A stretch of DNA of 64,000 nucleotides, from positions 2,108,001-2,172,000 of the forward strand of contig OZ037833.1 of assembly GCA_964035575.1 (NCBI GenBank), given 5' to 3'. Position 1 is the first letter of the stretch, and each line of letters opens with the position of its first letter. The notes beneath the pieces are model-generated. The model saw only the letters and a program-made list of their open reading frames with translations, was not told where the DNA came from and searched no databases. This document shows, piece after piece, positions 24,304-38,856 of the stretch. The stretch comes from Rhynchopus sp. YZ270_cl-10 (lineage: Eukaryota). The translations under genes and the position numbers were made by a program.

Positions 24304-24974
24304 AGCGAAGGTACATCCCGCCTCTGACGACGCAGGGCACCGGAGAAAGAGTGGAAAAATAAAAAAAAATAAAAAAAAAGCAATAAAATAAAACTTAATG
24401 AAGATGCAAACGAACCCCCACAACAACAAAAAAGGAGGGGACGCAAACATCTGATCTAAACGGGATGATATATGAGATAAAAACTGAAACCCATTTTTTC
24501 ACGATTTTTTTTTTTTTCCTCTTCGGGATCAAGAACGAGGTAACACTTTGCTCAAAGCTTTGTTTTTTTTTAAACAGGAATCTGCTGTACACTTGGGTAC
24601 AACAAAATTCAAGAAAAAAAAATACACCTTCCCTTGGCCAGATGTTCTTCCACCTACAAGGTAAAAAGGAGCGTTCCATGCCAAAAGGAAACACTGCAAA
24701 CTTTCTAAAAAAAAGAGAGAAAGAAATGAGATTCAAGACATGCAGAAAAAGCAGCGCAGGGAGAAGGGCAGCGATTGAACCACGGAAAACGCAGGTGGAT
24801 TTACAGTGAGGGTTAAAAACATTTTTCTTTTTCGGACGGGGGTTTTTTTTGTTTAAAAATGCTGGCTGGACAAAGTGTGCGCGTTACACACACCCTCACA
24901 CCTCCACATGAGGTGATATTTATAAAACAAATCGTCCTCGCCACCCCCCACTACCCGTTATGTTTAATTCTATT

Positions 24975-25549
24975 CAGGGGACTTTAATATGCCGGTGTGC
25001 CGGTGTGGGATTGTTGGGGGGAAAAAAAGAATAAAAAGGCGGATTTCTGATTTTTTTCTCTCTGAATTTTATCTCCTCATACAAGGTTTTACCGCTCCAA
25101 CCACATCTGCAGCGGTTTCGTATGTGTCCTCAGAAAGACCAATCGGTCCGTTAAATCAAAAGAAATAGGAGAGTCGACGAAAAAGGCGCCATGACTTCCA
25201 CATAAATTTCTTCGCCCTTGCAACTTCGCAGTAGAACTATTACTTTTCACCGTGGCAGACAAGATACTGCGTGTAGTAGATGCCGCTGGTTCGCGGAAGG
25301 GATATTTTTCTGCGTTCGGAGTGGTACCACCCCCTGTGCGGAGGAGGAAGACGGAAGTCCGCGGCGAGTTCGTCAAATGCCCCCTTTTTTTGGTTGGCTA
25401 TAAAAACGATTTTACGTCACAATTTGTAAAATGTTGTGTACCGTGGCTTCGCCAGATTGGTGCCATATGTTGACGAGGACGAAGGGGGGAAATTTTTGCC
25501 TCACACTGGCTTTTTTCCCTTCAAAACCCCAAACTATTAAAGTCCCCTG
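24975..25549. mobile_element. MITE family 2 (TIR CAGGGGAC), copy a
   Basis: caggggactttaata...tattaaagtcccctg, flanked by a TTCTATT duplication. Confidence 0.85.
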
Positions 25550-26200
25550 TTCTATTTCACGGGGGGAAAAATAGCGACTAAAAAAAGAGAGAAAATGAAC
25601 TGTGAAAGTGAAAAAACAATTTATTTTGGAGGATTCACTGCCGTGCTTTGGTTGTGGGAAGCACGCGTCCCTTTGTGATGTGACCACTCTCAATGAAATG
25701 TTACAAACGCATCGCAAGTGAGATGCCTTAAACAAAAAGAAATAAATGTTATATAATGTAAACCAAGCAAGGCTCTCTGTGCTTAGTCAACTTAATCAGA
25801 ATAGAAAGTTTTTCGTTAGATGAATCGAAGTATAGTCAACTAAGAATAAAGTGATAAACTTAAAAATAGAAAACGACTTCAGGATATGACAGTTAAATGA
25901 AATAAAGATAACACTTTTTCGTTTATCGCTACGATAAATTGTAAATCATAAAGAGAAAATATTTAAAAAATACATCGGGTTATTCGCACAGGCGTGAATC
26001 ACTACCACAACAAAAAGGGGGGGGGAAACGAGAATAAATCTGGGATTTTTTAGCCCAAAAAGGCGAGAATAAGGATCTACCCTGGAAGGGTGTACCTTGA
26101 ACCCCAACAAAAAAGGGGTGACATGTTTTTCTTTTTTTGCCACCATAACAAGGCAAGATGTTGGAGGAGAAACTTGAGACGTGAGACTTTAAAAGAGCGG

Positions 26201-26234
<34 letters not shown>

Positions 26235-29200
26235 GATAAATTGTTGGAGTAGTGTAGTTGCCTCGGTTGTGTTGCCACAGTTTGTACAATCTCCACTTTC
26301 CACTTTGTAGTGCTGTAGACAGGAGACCTGTCATTTATTTTAAAGTTACAGTAAGTAGCAAAACTCCCGCCGTAACAAAAGGGCAGATCAGAAGTAGCTG
26401 GCGGTTCTTTCCTCTAGGCGCGACTTTTTTGCTACTTGTACAATTTTTCTTTTTTTGAAAAAGAAAATTGAAATATTACTGAACTATTCATCATCTCTGC
26501 GACATTCACGCAGCTAGCGTCAACCTCGCTTTTTTCGTGTACACTGCTTTACTAATTATTACAACAAAAAAAAAAAAATACCCGATCTTTGAGTGCACAA
26601 AGCCCGGTATCATGTTTTTTTTTTTATCTGAATGCAACCCCATCCCGCACCTTCCCATCGGAAGACCTTTTACATTTTTTTTTCTTTGTCAGACATTCCC
26701 AAGATAAGTGTCCGTCGGTAGAAACGGACGTGGGTGGCCTTAGTATTGCTTCTTGTTTCGTTAAATTTACGGGGGAGTTTTTTTTTTTTTTCCTTTTTCT
26801 AGATTTTATCTTCGTTCTATGAGCGGGGGGGGAAATGCGAGGGGGGGGGTTGGGTTATTTCTAAAGGATTCAAGAAAATATAGAAAAAAAAGTTTGTAAA
26901 GATGAACAGCCTCATTGTGCATTGTCACTACTAGGTCCTTAAAATGTTGTTTTTTAACTCTATCAGTCCGAAAGCACAAAAAAAAAAAATTGCTCTCGCC
27001 AATAAAGTGGGAACATTTGCTACCCTTTTTTTATCCGTTTTATCCGTCTTTTATCCGTTATCGTTTTGGATCAGAAAAAACCTTGGCTCGGAATCAATGT
27101 AGTTTTGCAGAACTCAAAAAAAAAGTCACTCAAAAAAAAAATGTGTTCTTTTGTTTGGTATCGCTCCGAGGAGTCTGAATAAAGAAAAGTTTTCTGAGAT
27201 GAACCTAAACCTCACTTGTGTTTAACCACCTAAATACGTGAGAATTCTTGTGAGCTGCCTGTTCGTTACGTATGCATCCCCTTTTTTTTCGCTGGCATCG
27301 ACAATCCATTAACAAAAGAGATGGATTTTGTACATCAATGTCACCTAAAAAAAGGGGGGGGCGAGGGTACGTACAGACGATTTCAGTTCTTCTTTTTGCT
27401 TTTATTTATTCCCTTTTGCATTTTGGTCTGTTTTTGTTGTGTCGCCGCCGAGTAATCCCACCAGGGAGAATTCGGGTCTGTACACAATATTTTTTTTTCT
27501 TTTTAAACCCACACCCCAAGCGCCTTTACCGGTTGGTGAGCCCCAAACCAAAAACTCAAAAGTGGTTTGAAAATATGGGGTGTACAGGGTTAAAAAAAGC
27601 CACAACTGTAGAACTACTGGCTATCATTCCGGCTGTGAAACTATAGCGTTGTGGTTCGCATCTGAAACAAAAGAGAAAAAGGGTTGTGAACCCATATCTC
27701 TCTGGGGAATAAAAAAGAAAAAAAACGGAGAATATTCGAAAGACGAACGCACAATGAAACAGCGCGTACACATACACATCTTCGCTTCACAAAGCGTTTA
27801 TAGGGAGAAAAAAAAAAGTTGGGAGAGAAATTGGAACAAAAAAAGAGTAGGGCAGGGATGTGGGATAAGGGGATGTTGTTTAGTGATGAGTAAATTACAA
27901 ATAAAAAAAAATGCACTTCGAATCTAAAACAGGGTGAAAGGGAGGGGATTGTCCCTTGGAGAAGTTTCGCTTCTTTTTTTTTAGGTCAATTGACGAGTCT
28001 TTTTTTCCCTGCGACAGTCTGCAGAAAAAAAAAGGGGATGCAAGAAAGGGGAGAGAGTGAGAGAGAGAGAGAGAGAGAGGGGTGACATTCTGAGTGGGTA
28101 TATCAATGAGGCAAATTCCAATTACCCAGTCGGAACGCGTATTCAACAGCGAAACGGGTACCAATAATTAACGGAGCGCGCTGTGAAAAGAATGCATAAA
28201 AGAAAAATTGCACCCTTTAAAAAGATAAATAAATCGTGAGAGTACCGAAACGCGTTAGAAAAAAATCGAAAAAAAATCGAGAAAAAAAAAAAAAGAAGAT
28301 CAGGCCATCGACCTGGAATTGTGAGTTGAGGAAAAAAAAATATCGCCATTTTTTTTCCCCGTTTTGAATTCGCTTGCCCTTTTTTTGAATTTGGGTCTTT
28401 AAGCACTTCATGTAAGGGAGGAAAAAAGTGAACAAGGTGTGCTAATGTACCATCTTCACTAACAAACATGAGGTGTCCTTTCCAGTGTTTCGCGCTAACT
28501 TCTGGGGAAAACCCCCCGGGGCAAAAAAAAATGCACTGGAGGAGCTAACTGGCATCCTCCACCCGTTGTCGGACATTTTTTACCCCATTTTTTTTTTTTC
28601 TTCTTTTGTTCTCTTTCTAACTCAGAGTGTGGATATTATTCTTTCCCTGCAAAAACACAACGGTTATGCAACGAGCTGACTCTAGATAACTTTACTCAGG
28701 AAAGGCTAACAAAATGAATGAATGTCCCATGCACACACACGGCACACACATCTTTTAAAACGCGGCACTCCTCAAAAAAAAAAAAAAAGCACTTCGACAA
28801 AAATCTGAGTTTACATTAGTTTACTATTCGCCAAGGTAAGAGGGGTGATAGGGGAGACGATAATCTGACCAAAAAAAGATAGTCATCATTGGTTCTCTAT
28901 TCGGGGTTATTACTTTTTTTTTTTTTTTTTTGCTGTGGGAACTCAAGGGCAGGTTGCGAGTCTTATCCTTAAGCTTGGGAGGGGGAAGAGGGAGGGTGTA
29001 GATTTTTGTATCCTATGAAGTAGAGCTGTTTTTAGGCCAACAACGCTACACACACCCGGGGAAAAGGGGGATTGAAAGGGGTTTTATGAAGCTTTTTTGT
29101 TAGGGGGTTCCGTAACTTGATTGAAGGTTCTGACCGGTCACTTAACCAGCGTGTTGTCAAAAATTCGGCATTTTTGTGTACAAATAGTACCCGGTCAAAA

Positions 29201-30099
29201 TAGGGTACATAAATTTGACGAAAAGGGGGATTGAAAGGGGTTTTTTTTGGTATTCACTCTCGTCACTTTAGCGCTGCCGAAGTGTGGTCGCTCTTTTTTT
29301 TGTTCTATCCAGAGTAAACCCGTTTTTTTGTTATTATTTTTGCGTGGTACTCTAGTATTGTATGACCCAAAAATCAAAACCAGCAAAATGAATGTGCTCT
29401 GTTTTGCACAAAGGAGGGGGGGAGGAAAAAGAGAGAAAAAAAAGAAATGAAACGATACAGGAACACACAGCTGCCAAAAGCAGCTGAAGCCTCGCCGGAT
29501 CTAAGAACGTCAGGTTATTTTTAAAGGGGGTGGAGATTGCACAGGTTGGAACTGCACTGTTCAAAAAAAAAAACAAAAAATGGGGCATAAACGAAAGAGA
29601 TGAACGGGTCTCAACAAGACACCCCCATCTTCTGACAAACTAGGGAGCAAAGAAAACACTCCCCATTTATTTCTTCAATTTCTTTTGAAGAACGCTATAA
29701 AAAAAAAAAATAAAACTATATCAGTGCTAACCACTCACAGTTGTGTGTGTTCCGTCCCGCAGGATTATAACCCTATTTTTGACACAACTACACAACGTGA
29801 GCTTTCCTCAACAAAAAAACAGGGGAGGGGAATTGAAAGAGGTGGGTAGAGTTTATTTTTTTTTATACGAAAATTCTGTTACTTTTTGTGTTGTGCTCTT
29901 TCTGGGGGAGGGGGACATTGTTTCGTTACAATTATGTTTTAGATGCTTAGATGCTGCAAAATACCCCGAACCGTTTCTTAGCTTTGCGTGTGATAATGTG
30001 GACAACAAAATTGTCCACATTATCATACAAAAAATGTCGGTAGTGCTGTGTTGCACACATTTCCCATACATTTTTTTTTTTTGAAATTTTGAAAACTAT

Positions 30100-30636
30100 C
30101 AGGGGACATTGGTAGTTTGAGATTTTGAAAAAAAAGCCGGTGTGAGCCAAAAAAGCCGGTGTGAGGCAATTTTTTTTTCCCCACGCATTTTTGGCAGAGA
30201 CCTCCACAACTCTTTCCCCTCCGCGCCCTTGTCTAACCATATGGCATCAAAACTTTTCTGGCGAAGCCACGGTACGCAACATTTCAAAAATTGTGACATA
30301 AAATCGCACGCTTTTATAGCCAAACTATGGTAAAGGTAGCTGTGACTATGGCCTAGGGTAGAGCTGTGGGCTACCGCTCGTCATTTTTAGCTGCGCCGCA
30401 GGCGCACGGTACGCTACTTTTTTATGAGAGTTGCAAACATCTATTTCTTTTGATTGAACGGACCGATTGGTCTTTGTGGTGGGGTCACATGCACATAAGA
30501 AACCGCTACAGATGTGGTTGTAGCCTTGTATGAGGAGATAAAATTCAGAAAAAAATTCAAAAATCTGCCTTTTTCTTTTTTTTTTTTTTTTTTCTCAAAA
30601 TCCCACACCGGCACACCGGCATACTAATGTCCCCTG
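30100..30636. mobile_element. MITE family 2, copy b (inverted)
   Basis: caggggacatt...aatgtcccctg with 8-bp TSD AAAACTAT. Shares blocks with 24975-25549. Confidence 0.88.
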
Positions 30637-31923
30637 AAAACTATGTCAGCATGTATCCCCACGTAGTAATCCACGTTTTATTTTTTCTCGGGGAGTCACA
30701 TCTTTGTTTTGTAGCATCATCGTTGGGGGGCACTTAATTTTTAAAGAGGGGTTATTTTTAAACCGTCTCAGTAGGGTAGCATAACAGACGGTATATCTCC
30801 CTCCAAATAACTGGGTGCAGCAGGGAATGGAACATGAGGGCATTCTAGTCTGATGCACAGAAAAAAATAAAAATCCACCCCCCCCCCCCCCCCTCCCCCA
30901 TCTTCAGATAAAAAGAGCAGAGCTTTGAGGACTGAAAAACAAAACAATTTTTTTTTAAAGTATGTAGGATGGATCTAAGCCTCATGCGCTTTAGTCACCG
31001 TAAAAGACATTAACGCCAAAAGAGGGGGGGAAAAAGGTTGAAAGGTTGCAATACAAAGCCCTCTCGTGACAGTGTACCCAGAAGAAGAACAAAAAAAAAA
31101 ATTTTTTTTTTGAAATCCTACAGACACGCCTGCTTCGGGTGGGGGCATTGCCTGTAAGAGCTCTCTGCAAAAGAAAAGAATTTTTTTCTTTTGAAAAAAA
31201 ATACAAAAATATTGCTGGACAAATCAGTTGTTTGCATTGGTAAGATGATCTTCAGTCTCAAACTTAAGCCACCTTGCCAATAATAATAAAATTAGTGCAA
31301 ACATCTAGGATGCAAGCACATACATATATATGGGGGAGATGGGAGGCAAGATGAACCTAAACCATGCTGGGTTTAGGGGATCTTCATAAGGAAATAACAA
31401 AAAAAGGGGATTTGTGGAAGATGAGCGTTTTTTTTATTTTGCTTCACCTAAGGAAAAAGGCGTATGTCATCGTAGGATAACAGAGCGGTTTTTTTTGAAC
31501 CAATACTCGGTGTGGTCCAAGATGAGCAAAATATCCTACCCCCATACATGGGTGCACTGCACTGAAGTGTAGAGAGAGAATAGTGGCGATCTCCGTTCAA
31601 TGCAAAAAAAATTGTTTCATATACTAACTATTCTACTGAATAGATGGTATAATCAGCAAAAAAAGAAAAGAAAAGAAAAGATAAAAACGTTTGTCAAGAT
31701 GGACATAACCCAAGCCTCCCCTTAGGTTCATCCTCGAAAAAGAGTCTTCTTTTTGAAAAAAAGAAAATACAAAAAAAAATACAAAATAAAAAATAAAAAA
31801 ATTGAAAAAGATGAAATATACCTCTCATGCATATTCATCTATGAAAATAAGGGGGATTTAAAAAAAAAAAACTGAGCGGGGTTTGTCAGTCCAACCTATG
31901 TCGGTATATTTTTCGGAAAAAAT

Positions 31924-32221
31924 CAGGCACTCCGCTAGGTACTAAAGTTCTGTTGATTGTCAACAGAACTTTTTGAAAATGGGGGAAAAAAGAAAAAAAA
32001 AAAAAGTTCTGCTAAGTGGTTCAGACCCGTTCTACCTGTCAAAAAAGCTCAAGAGAAGAAGATATGGAGAGGTGAGTGCTTAAACGTCCCAAAAAAGTCA
32101 AAATCGGGCGTTGGTAAAAAAAAAAGTTGCGTACCGTGCGCCTGCGGCGCAAGCATGTACCCCACCAACGTGGACCATCAACAGAATATTTTCAAAATCG
32201 GAAATCCTAGCGGAGAGCCTG
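31924..32221. mobile_element. hAT-like MITE family 3, copy a
   Basis: TIR CAGGCWCTCCGCTAGG and 8-bp TSD GAAAAAAT. Confidence 0.9.
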
Positions 32222-33891
32222 GAAAAAATGCAAAAAAAAAAAAAAAAAAAAAGGGGGGAAGCAAATATGAAGAGGATCTCTAAAGCAAAGGGCTAAAAAG
32301 ATCCGGAGGAGGAAGCACAAAGGCAGTCAGGGTTAAGGAGAGCGTGGAGATATTTTTCTAAAAAAAAAGGGGATTTTTTGTTTTTGTTTTGTTTAAGGGA
32401 TGGGGAGTGGAGCCAGCTTCCTCTGCGTAAGCTAAAAAACCCCCCGGAGGCTTTAAAAAAAAAGAAGAAATAGAAATAGAAAAGAAAGGAAAGAAAAGGT
32501 GATTGGGAAGAGAGAACTAGGAGTAACGATGTGGGTCACCCTTCTCTCCCCCCCTTTCGGTCTTACTTGCTCTTTTTTTTTTCCCCCTCTTTTTTTTTCC
32601 CTCCGCGTTTTTTTTTTTTTCGCATTCATTTTGAAGGGGGATTTTTTTTTGTGAAATATTTGGGCTATTTCGGTTGGGCCTTTGCAAAAAATATAAAAAA
32701 TAAAAATAAATGTCGCATCAAAGAAAGAAAGAAAAACCATAAATTAAAGAATTTTTTTTTTTTTTGAAAGATGAATGTACCTCACTCATCTAAAGGAGAA
32801 AAAAAGGAGTAGAACAGAAAACAGCCAAAGTGTGCAAAGTGTCAAAAATAATAAGGTGTTAACACAAGAAAGAACAGGTGCAGTTTTACACACTGTCACT
32901 TTTTTCCTAATAATATAATAAAAGCAGTGGTCATATTTTTGTTGGATCGACAATCTCCTACCGAGGTAGGATTTTTTTAAAACAAAAAGGATATGGGGTT
33001 TATTTGTTTTGCCTCAGAGTAGCAAAAAAAAACCCTTCTATCTCCCCATGACATGGGAGTCGTGTTATCATACCCGATTGTTAGAAAAAAATCTCAATTT
33101 TTCGCGAGTTTTTTTTTTTTGAAAGAATTGGTAATGTGTCGACGGAAGGGGTCATTTTTAGACACCTCACCTTTTTTTCTTCCCCTTCTCTGTGTGAGCT
33201 CCACGCAATTTTTTTTTTAAAGTTTTAGACAACCACAGTGAAAAAATTCTGGCTCTGGTTCATTGCAGCCTATCCCCCCCTCAGACGCTGTTCGAGGCAT
33301 GCGGAGAAAATAGGTCTTTAATAATGCATGAACGTCCTGTGGTTATACAACAAACCTTAAATAAAACCCGGTAACACTGAGAAAGCGAAAGCCCCGTATA
33401 GTAAAGAAAGGATTTTGCAAAAAGAAAAGAAGAAAAAAAAAAAAAAAAAGGACGGTGGACAACACATCTAGCTCTCTATCCTAGAGGTTGTGTTCAAATT
33501 TCACATTCGTGGCAAGGCATTTCTGTCTGTAACTACCAAGTAATCAAATAAATGAAAAATTGAAAGGAAAAAAAAAGGGGGCGATCCTGTGTATTAGGCA
33601 CAGTCAACTTTATATAAAACCTCCCCAAGGATTTTTGCAAAATAAAAAAAAAAAATGCAAAAACGGGAATTGGGAGGGAAAACAACGTCCTTTTTTTTTA
33701 GCCCTACTTTTAAATAAAGAAAAGTTGGGTAATGTGCGTAAGCCTCTTCTCTCTCGCTTTACGCCAAAAAAAATGCACAAAAAATACACGATGCACAACT
33801 TTAAAAAAAAATGTTTTTTTTTGGGATTTGATAAATTTACTCAAGGAAAGAGATGTAAGAGAATTCTCGTCATTTTTTTCATTATATTTCT

Positions 33892-35460
33892 TTAGACCTG
33901 CGACTCGCAGGCAAGCAGGCAGACCCCTTGCTGACAGAGTGCGCACCGGCTTGTTGCGGTGTGGCTTCTTGGCTGATAGACCGGAATGTCTCCTTCTCTG
34001 ATGGGCTGCGACTTGAGGTTGTAGGAGTGGAGGAAGGTTCCGCGTGGGTCGCGAATGCTTCTGGCAGCGAAGGAGATTTTGAGCACAAAGAGTCCAAACT
34101 TGGTCTGGTCGAGGTTAACCAAACGCCGTGCCTCTTCCACGGTTTTGTACTCAAAGAAGCCAAATACAGTAGGGTTTTTTCTGTCTCCACACAACCGAAC
34201 CTTCGACAACTCACCACACTGCGACGCCAGCATCAGCAACTCCTGCTCCGAAATCCGTGTATCAATCCCGCACACATACACTGTTCTCGCCTTCGCTGTT
34301 TCCAACTCTAATTCCGACGAAGCATCGTTCCCTTCACGCTGTACTCTTGCGGTAGGCGAGGATGCGGCGGTCCCAGGGGCCTGCGTTTTCTTTGGTGCAT
34401 CCTTTTTGTTTGCCCTTCTGGTTGCTTGAGAGAGAGCAGCGATGCAGGCGGAGAGGGGTTGGAGGCAGCGTTCTCTGGACCCCATTGCGTCGACCTGGTC
34501 ACCCGAGACGGTGCGTACAAGGCTTTCGAGTTCTGCAGCGTATGCAGGGAATTTCTTTACAATACGCCTCGCGTTGGTCAAAATGAAGGATTTGAGGCTC
34601 GAAAAGCAATGAAAATGCGCCGTGCTTCTCTCAAGCAACGCAGCGCAAAAACTTCTCGCAGAGGCCTCTGTAAACCGCTTTGAACGCATCAAAACCGTCG
34701 CCAGCTCGACTGCAGAGGTCTTCAACTCTACCTCCTCATGAAAGGCGTCTTCATCCTCCAGCAGCACTTCACGCTGCGCAATCGCTACACAAACGCTCGC
34801 AAGCCGGGCTGCAATGCAATCCGTCGATGTCTTCACATCCCCGGTCAACGTCATCGACAACAGCTCCTCAACAACGCGGAGCGGGGAGGGCAGGTTCCGT
34901 ACTGGCTGCTCCAACGGCATTTCCACCATCTCTAGGTTGCTCGAGAGAAGCTTGATCACCTTTTCATCGCTGGTCACCTCTAGTGTTTTTGCAAGCGAAT
35001 GAATTTCATCAGGAAACCAATTGCACGACCGCCCGCCCGATGAGCTCGTTGAGTCCGACGCCTCTGTGCACTCCCCATCCAAGGCACCATCGTAACGTTG
35101 TGCAACCGTGTGCATGATCCCATACAAACACGCCATGTTGTCCGACTCACCTACAGAAGAAGAAGCAGAAGCAGCAGCCCCTGCATGCGACACCGCGTGG
35201 CTTGAAATTGTAAAACCGGTAAATATGATGGAGACGAAAAGAAGGGGGGGTTTTTTTGTTTACGCCGAAAGAGCAATGCCCTCCAGTCCGAGTTGTCTCA
35301 AAAGAGAGACGATGAGGGGAACGGTAAGGTAGAGTGGGGGAAGCGATGCAGGTGCCGACGGGGGAGTTAGGGGTGTGTGTTGTCGGGTTTGGTGGCGATG
35401 CCTAGGGAAATTATCTGTTTGGTTGGTTGGTTGGTTGGTTTGGGAGCTAGAGAACGGCAT
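33892..35460 (-). CDS. RRM-domain RNA-binding protein (CID/kinetoplastid RBP-like RRM); possible exon 1 35460-35264, intron 35263-35201
   Basis: RRM motifs RTVYVCGID...GELSKVRLCGD...FGFFEY. The upstream ORF joins in phase via a GC|gtaaac...tttcaag|C junction. The 5' structure is uncertain. Confidence 0.8.
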
Positions 35461-38400
35461 AAAGTAGTACTGTTGGTGTGGCCGACCAAAGTAGCACAAA
35501 AATAGCACACCCTTTCAGCCACACCAAGTACGGTTCTTTGTATTCAATCATGTTTGAAAAATAAAAAGATCGTTGCATTACCACTACGATTCTGCTGCAC
35601 TCTCACGAACCTTAAAGAAAAACGGCGTCTGAGGGAAGGTGCTGTGTCTTCAGGATGATATTCTGCAACAGAGCTGCGTCAACTTTTGTTAGGTTGGTTG
35701 GAAATGAAGTTGTAAGCTTGTCAAAGGGGGGGTTGGGGTAGAGAGAAAAGGGTTTCCTCTTTTTTTTTGATGCAATTTGTTTTTTTGTATGGTTAATATA
35801 AAAAGAAAAGCTTAAACAAAAAGACAAACAAAAAAAAAGAAAGCCTGGTAAAGATAACGAGAAAGGTTTAAATGAAAAGACAAAAATAAAAAGATGCAAT
35901 AAACATGCACAAAATAACGTTGAGTGTGGGGTGTGGGGAAGGGTTGGAAAGGGTGGGGGAAAGCAATAAAAGAAAAGCAAAGGTTGGAAAAAGATGGATG
36001 CGCCTCACAAGACAACACTCATCTTTTAAAAAAAAGAAAAATAAAAAAGAGAAAATATTGTAAGATGATCCTAAGCCTCTCCATCCTTAGTCACCCGTAA
36101 CCAATAAAATAAAACATAGATTAGAACGGTAAGGAGAAAACATCCAGCGTGATCCAATCACCGAACGCACCTTGTAGTGGAAGAAAAAAACCGATTATTT
36201 TTTTTTGTAAATTCCACATTACTTCTGACACGAAACCGCCCAAACTGACAGAATAATGTGAGAACCCACTGGAACTCCACCCCTTGCACTTGGTACCAAA
36301 ATCAAGACGGGACGGTTCGTTTTTTTGTTGTGTCGACAATCACCTGCTAGTGCAGGATCTGTACTCAATTTTTTTTTTTTTGTACAAGCCCTTCCGATCT
36401 GATTAACGGACCCAAATCTAACACCTCCCCAGGTGGAGAGTATCAATACTTCATCGACACAAACAACAGGAAACAGGATGAAATTATTCACCCCAGAAAC
36501 CTACAAAAAAAAATCATTAGATGAACATAGTGCGGAACATCCCACCAAAGAACTGCTTCCGAGTTTTTTTTGTTGTTTTATTGTCTCAGAAAAAAAGGCG
36601 CAGAAATAGACAAAAATTTCCTCCAAAAAAAATGAACCATTTTTTAAGTGCGGTTCAAAAAAATAGAATACCCATAAAGAAAAAAAGGGGGAAAAAACAA
36701 AGAAAATAGATTCGATGAATTTCGCAACTTATTCTTAAACGACATAGGCAGCAACATTGGTTTCGTTTAGACTCCTAGAAAGCCTTCTACGAGCAGGGTG
36801 AGAAAGATAAACAATACAATGAAGCATGGAGAGAAGATTTTCCTCTTCTTTTTTTGAGATGAACACAATCTCGCATCTGTCAAAAAAATAGAGGAAAAAA
36901 AAAAATATCGAGTGAGTAAACAAACAAAACGTGTAAAATGCATAACGGTGTGTGTACACACTCCCATCCTCTACCCACAACTGAGAATAAGACTCGGGGA
37001 CCCGGTCTATTCTCAGCCGGACTGGGACCTGGACCCAGGGACCGGAAACCCGGCTTATTCTCAGCTGTGTCTCTACTGCCTAAAGGGGAAAAGGGTGGTA
37101 CACAATCACACCATTTGGGTGGAAATCAGGCACGTACCAGAAGAAGAAAATAAAAGCGGTGTGCGGTTATTTCTCTCCTGGACAAAAAAAAAGGGGTGGG
37201 AAGGATATGGGGGAATAATTGGACAAAAGAAAGATGAATATAAAGAAATGGTTTGAAAAAAACGGATGGAACCTAAGCCTCTGCTCCATCCTTCATCAGG
37301 ATACTGACAGTATCCTTTAGAGAAAGAGAAAGAAAGTGACGAAAAAAATTGAAATATAGATAGGCCCCTCACGGGACGCACACCACAAAAAAAGGAAATC
37401 GCTCTCCCGGTTCCCTTCATTTTTTTTGTGACAAAATATTGGAAATAGCGTATTGAAAGCTTTTTAGAATCAGTACGTCTCTCTTTCTTGATTCATTTAT
37501 TTTGAACCAGCAGCAGACCTGTATGTTTCCCTTAGGGGTAAGTTTTTTTGGTCTAGCGCTTTTTGACCTGAGTTTTCCCCAGGCCAATATATTGTGTTTT
37601 TTGGTAAAAGGGGATTACCTCAACACCAAAAAAAAAAAAAACTCCTTTTTTTTTGTAGATAATATATGAAACTGAAAACAAAACAAAACAAAGAAAAAAA
37701 CGAAAATTGGTGCGATTATCATAAGAGTTACTTATTTAGGTCACCTTGAAAAAAAGAAGGGTCGAAAAACTTGTGGATGAAAGCGGGAATGGGGGATGGG
37801 GAAAGTGGCAAAAGTATGGAGTCAGAAAGACAGTGAAAAAAATTGTGGATATGACGATTGAAGACTACGGCAAAAAACACAAAGGGTTGGGGGGAGATGA
37901 AGGTGCACAGCGGACTAGTCAGAGGACTACTAGTGAAACTACTCGTCATAACAACTGAGTGCTAAACTAGTAGTGGTACTGGTATTACACTAGTCGTAAA
38001 ACACTAGTCATTTGGACAAGAAGAACTAGCAGTAGTCCCCCTGACTCGTCCGCCATGTGACGAAGGAAACTGTGAACTATACTTTGCTGTTGGCTTCACG
38101 AAAAAGCCGAATTTTTTGAATAAAAATGCGTTGTGTAACAAGGTAAAAATACATCTCAAGGGGGAAAAAAAGAAAAAAAAGACCAATGCCGGGTGTAATA
38201 GTGTTCCAGGATTTTTTGTGTTTCTGTTTTTTTTTGTTTTTTTTTTTTTGCTTTGTTGCGTCATCCTCTGCACAGCAGACGATAACAATAACTTTTTTTG
38301 AACAGATGGGCTTTTTTGTCCCTAACTCTCTTCCAACCAGCAAAAAATCCTTGTGGTTGTGGTTTTGGAAGTGATTCACACTCACTCGGTGAAAAAAAAA

Positions 38401-38794
38401 AAAATACTTTTTTTCCGTTGTTCTTTTTTTATGCAAAATTCGCACTACCTTCAAAAAAAATTGAGGTAGAGTTTCAATCTTACAATGTCTTGCTTTTGTT
38501 TCTTTCGCACAAAAGCATGTCATATGTGATACACAATTGTAAATATAGTCTGACTCTCAAATGGTACAAAGGACTTGGGGCGGGGGGGAGGGCATGAACC
38601 TACGCTTGATTATGTTGTGATATACCCTGGTGTTGCATTTCCTTTTAGCCTTTTGGAATATGGACAACAACCTCATTTAAAAGCGGTGTCACGTCTTAGT
38701 ATGCTACAGTCAGGATGGTCACGTGGTTCGTTGGTTGGTCTGGGGTAGGGAGGGGGGTGGGAGGGGAACGGAGAGCAACGCATGTATCTTCATT

Positions 38795-38812
38795 ATTGGT
38801 ACCCCAGAAATC

Positions 38813-38856
<44 letters not shown>

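Noticed and set aside
15600..33800. Numerous 60-130 aa F/K-rich ORFs
   Set aside because: They are products of poly-A/T tracts with no domain signal.
36060..36090. Family A as plus-strand GTAAG...CTAAG...YAG mini-introns (introners)
   Set aside because: Many copies start ATAAG, AAAG, CAAG or TGAG. None interrupts a CDS, and the plus strand is antisense to all genes.
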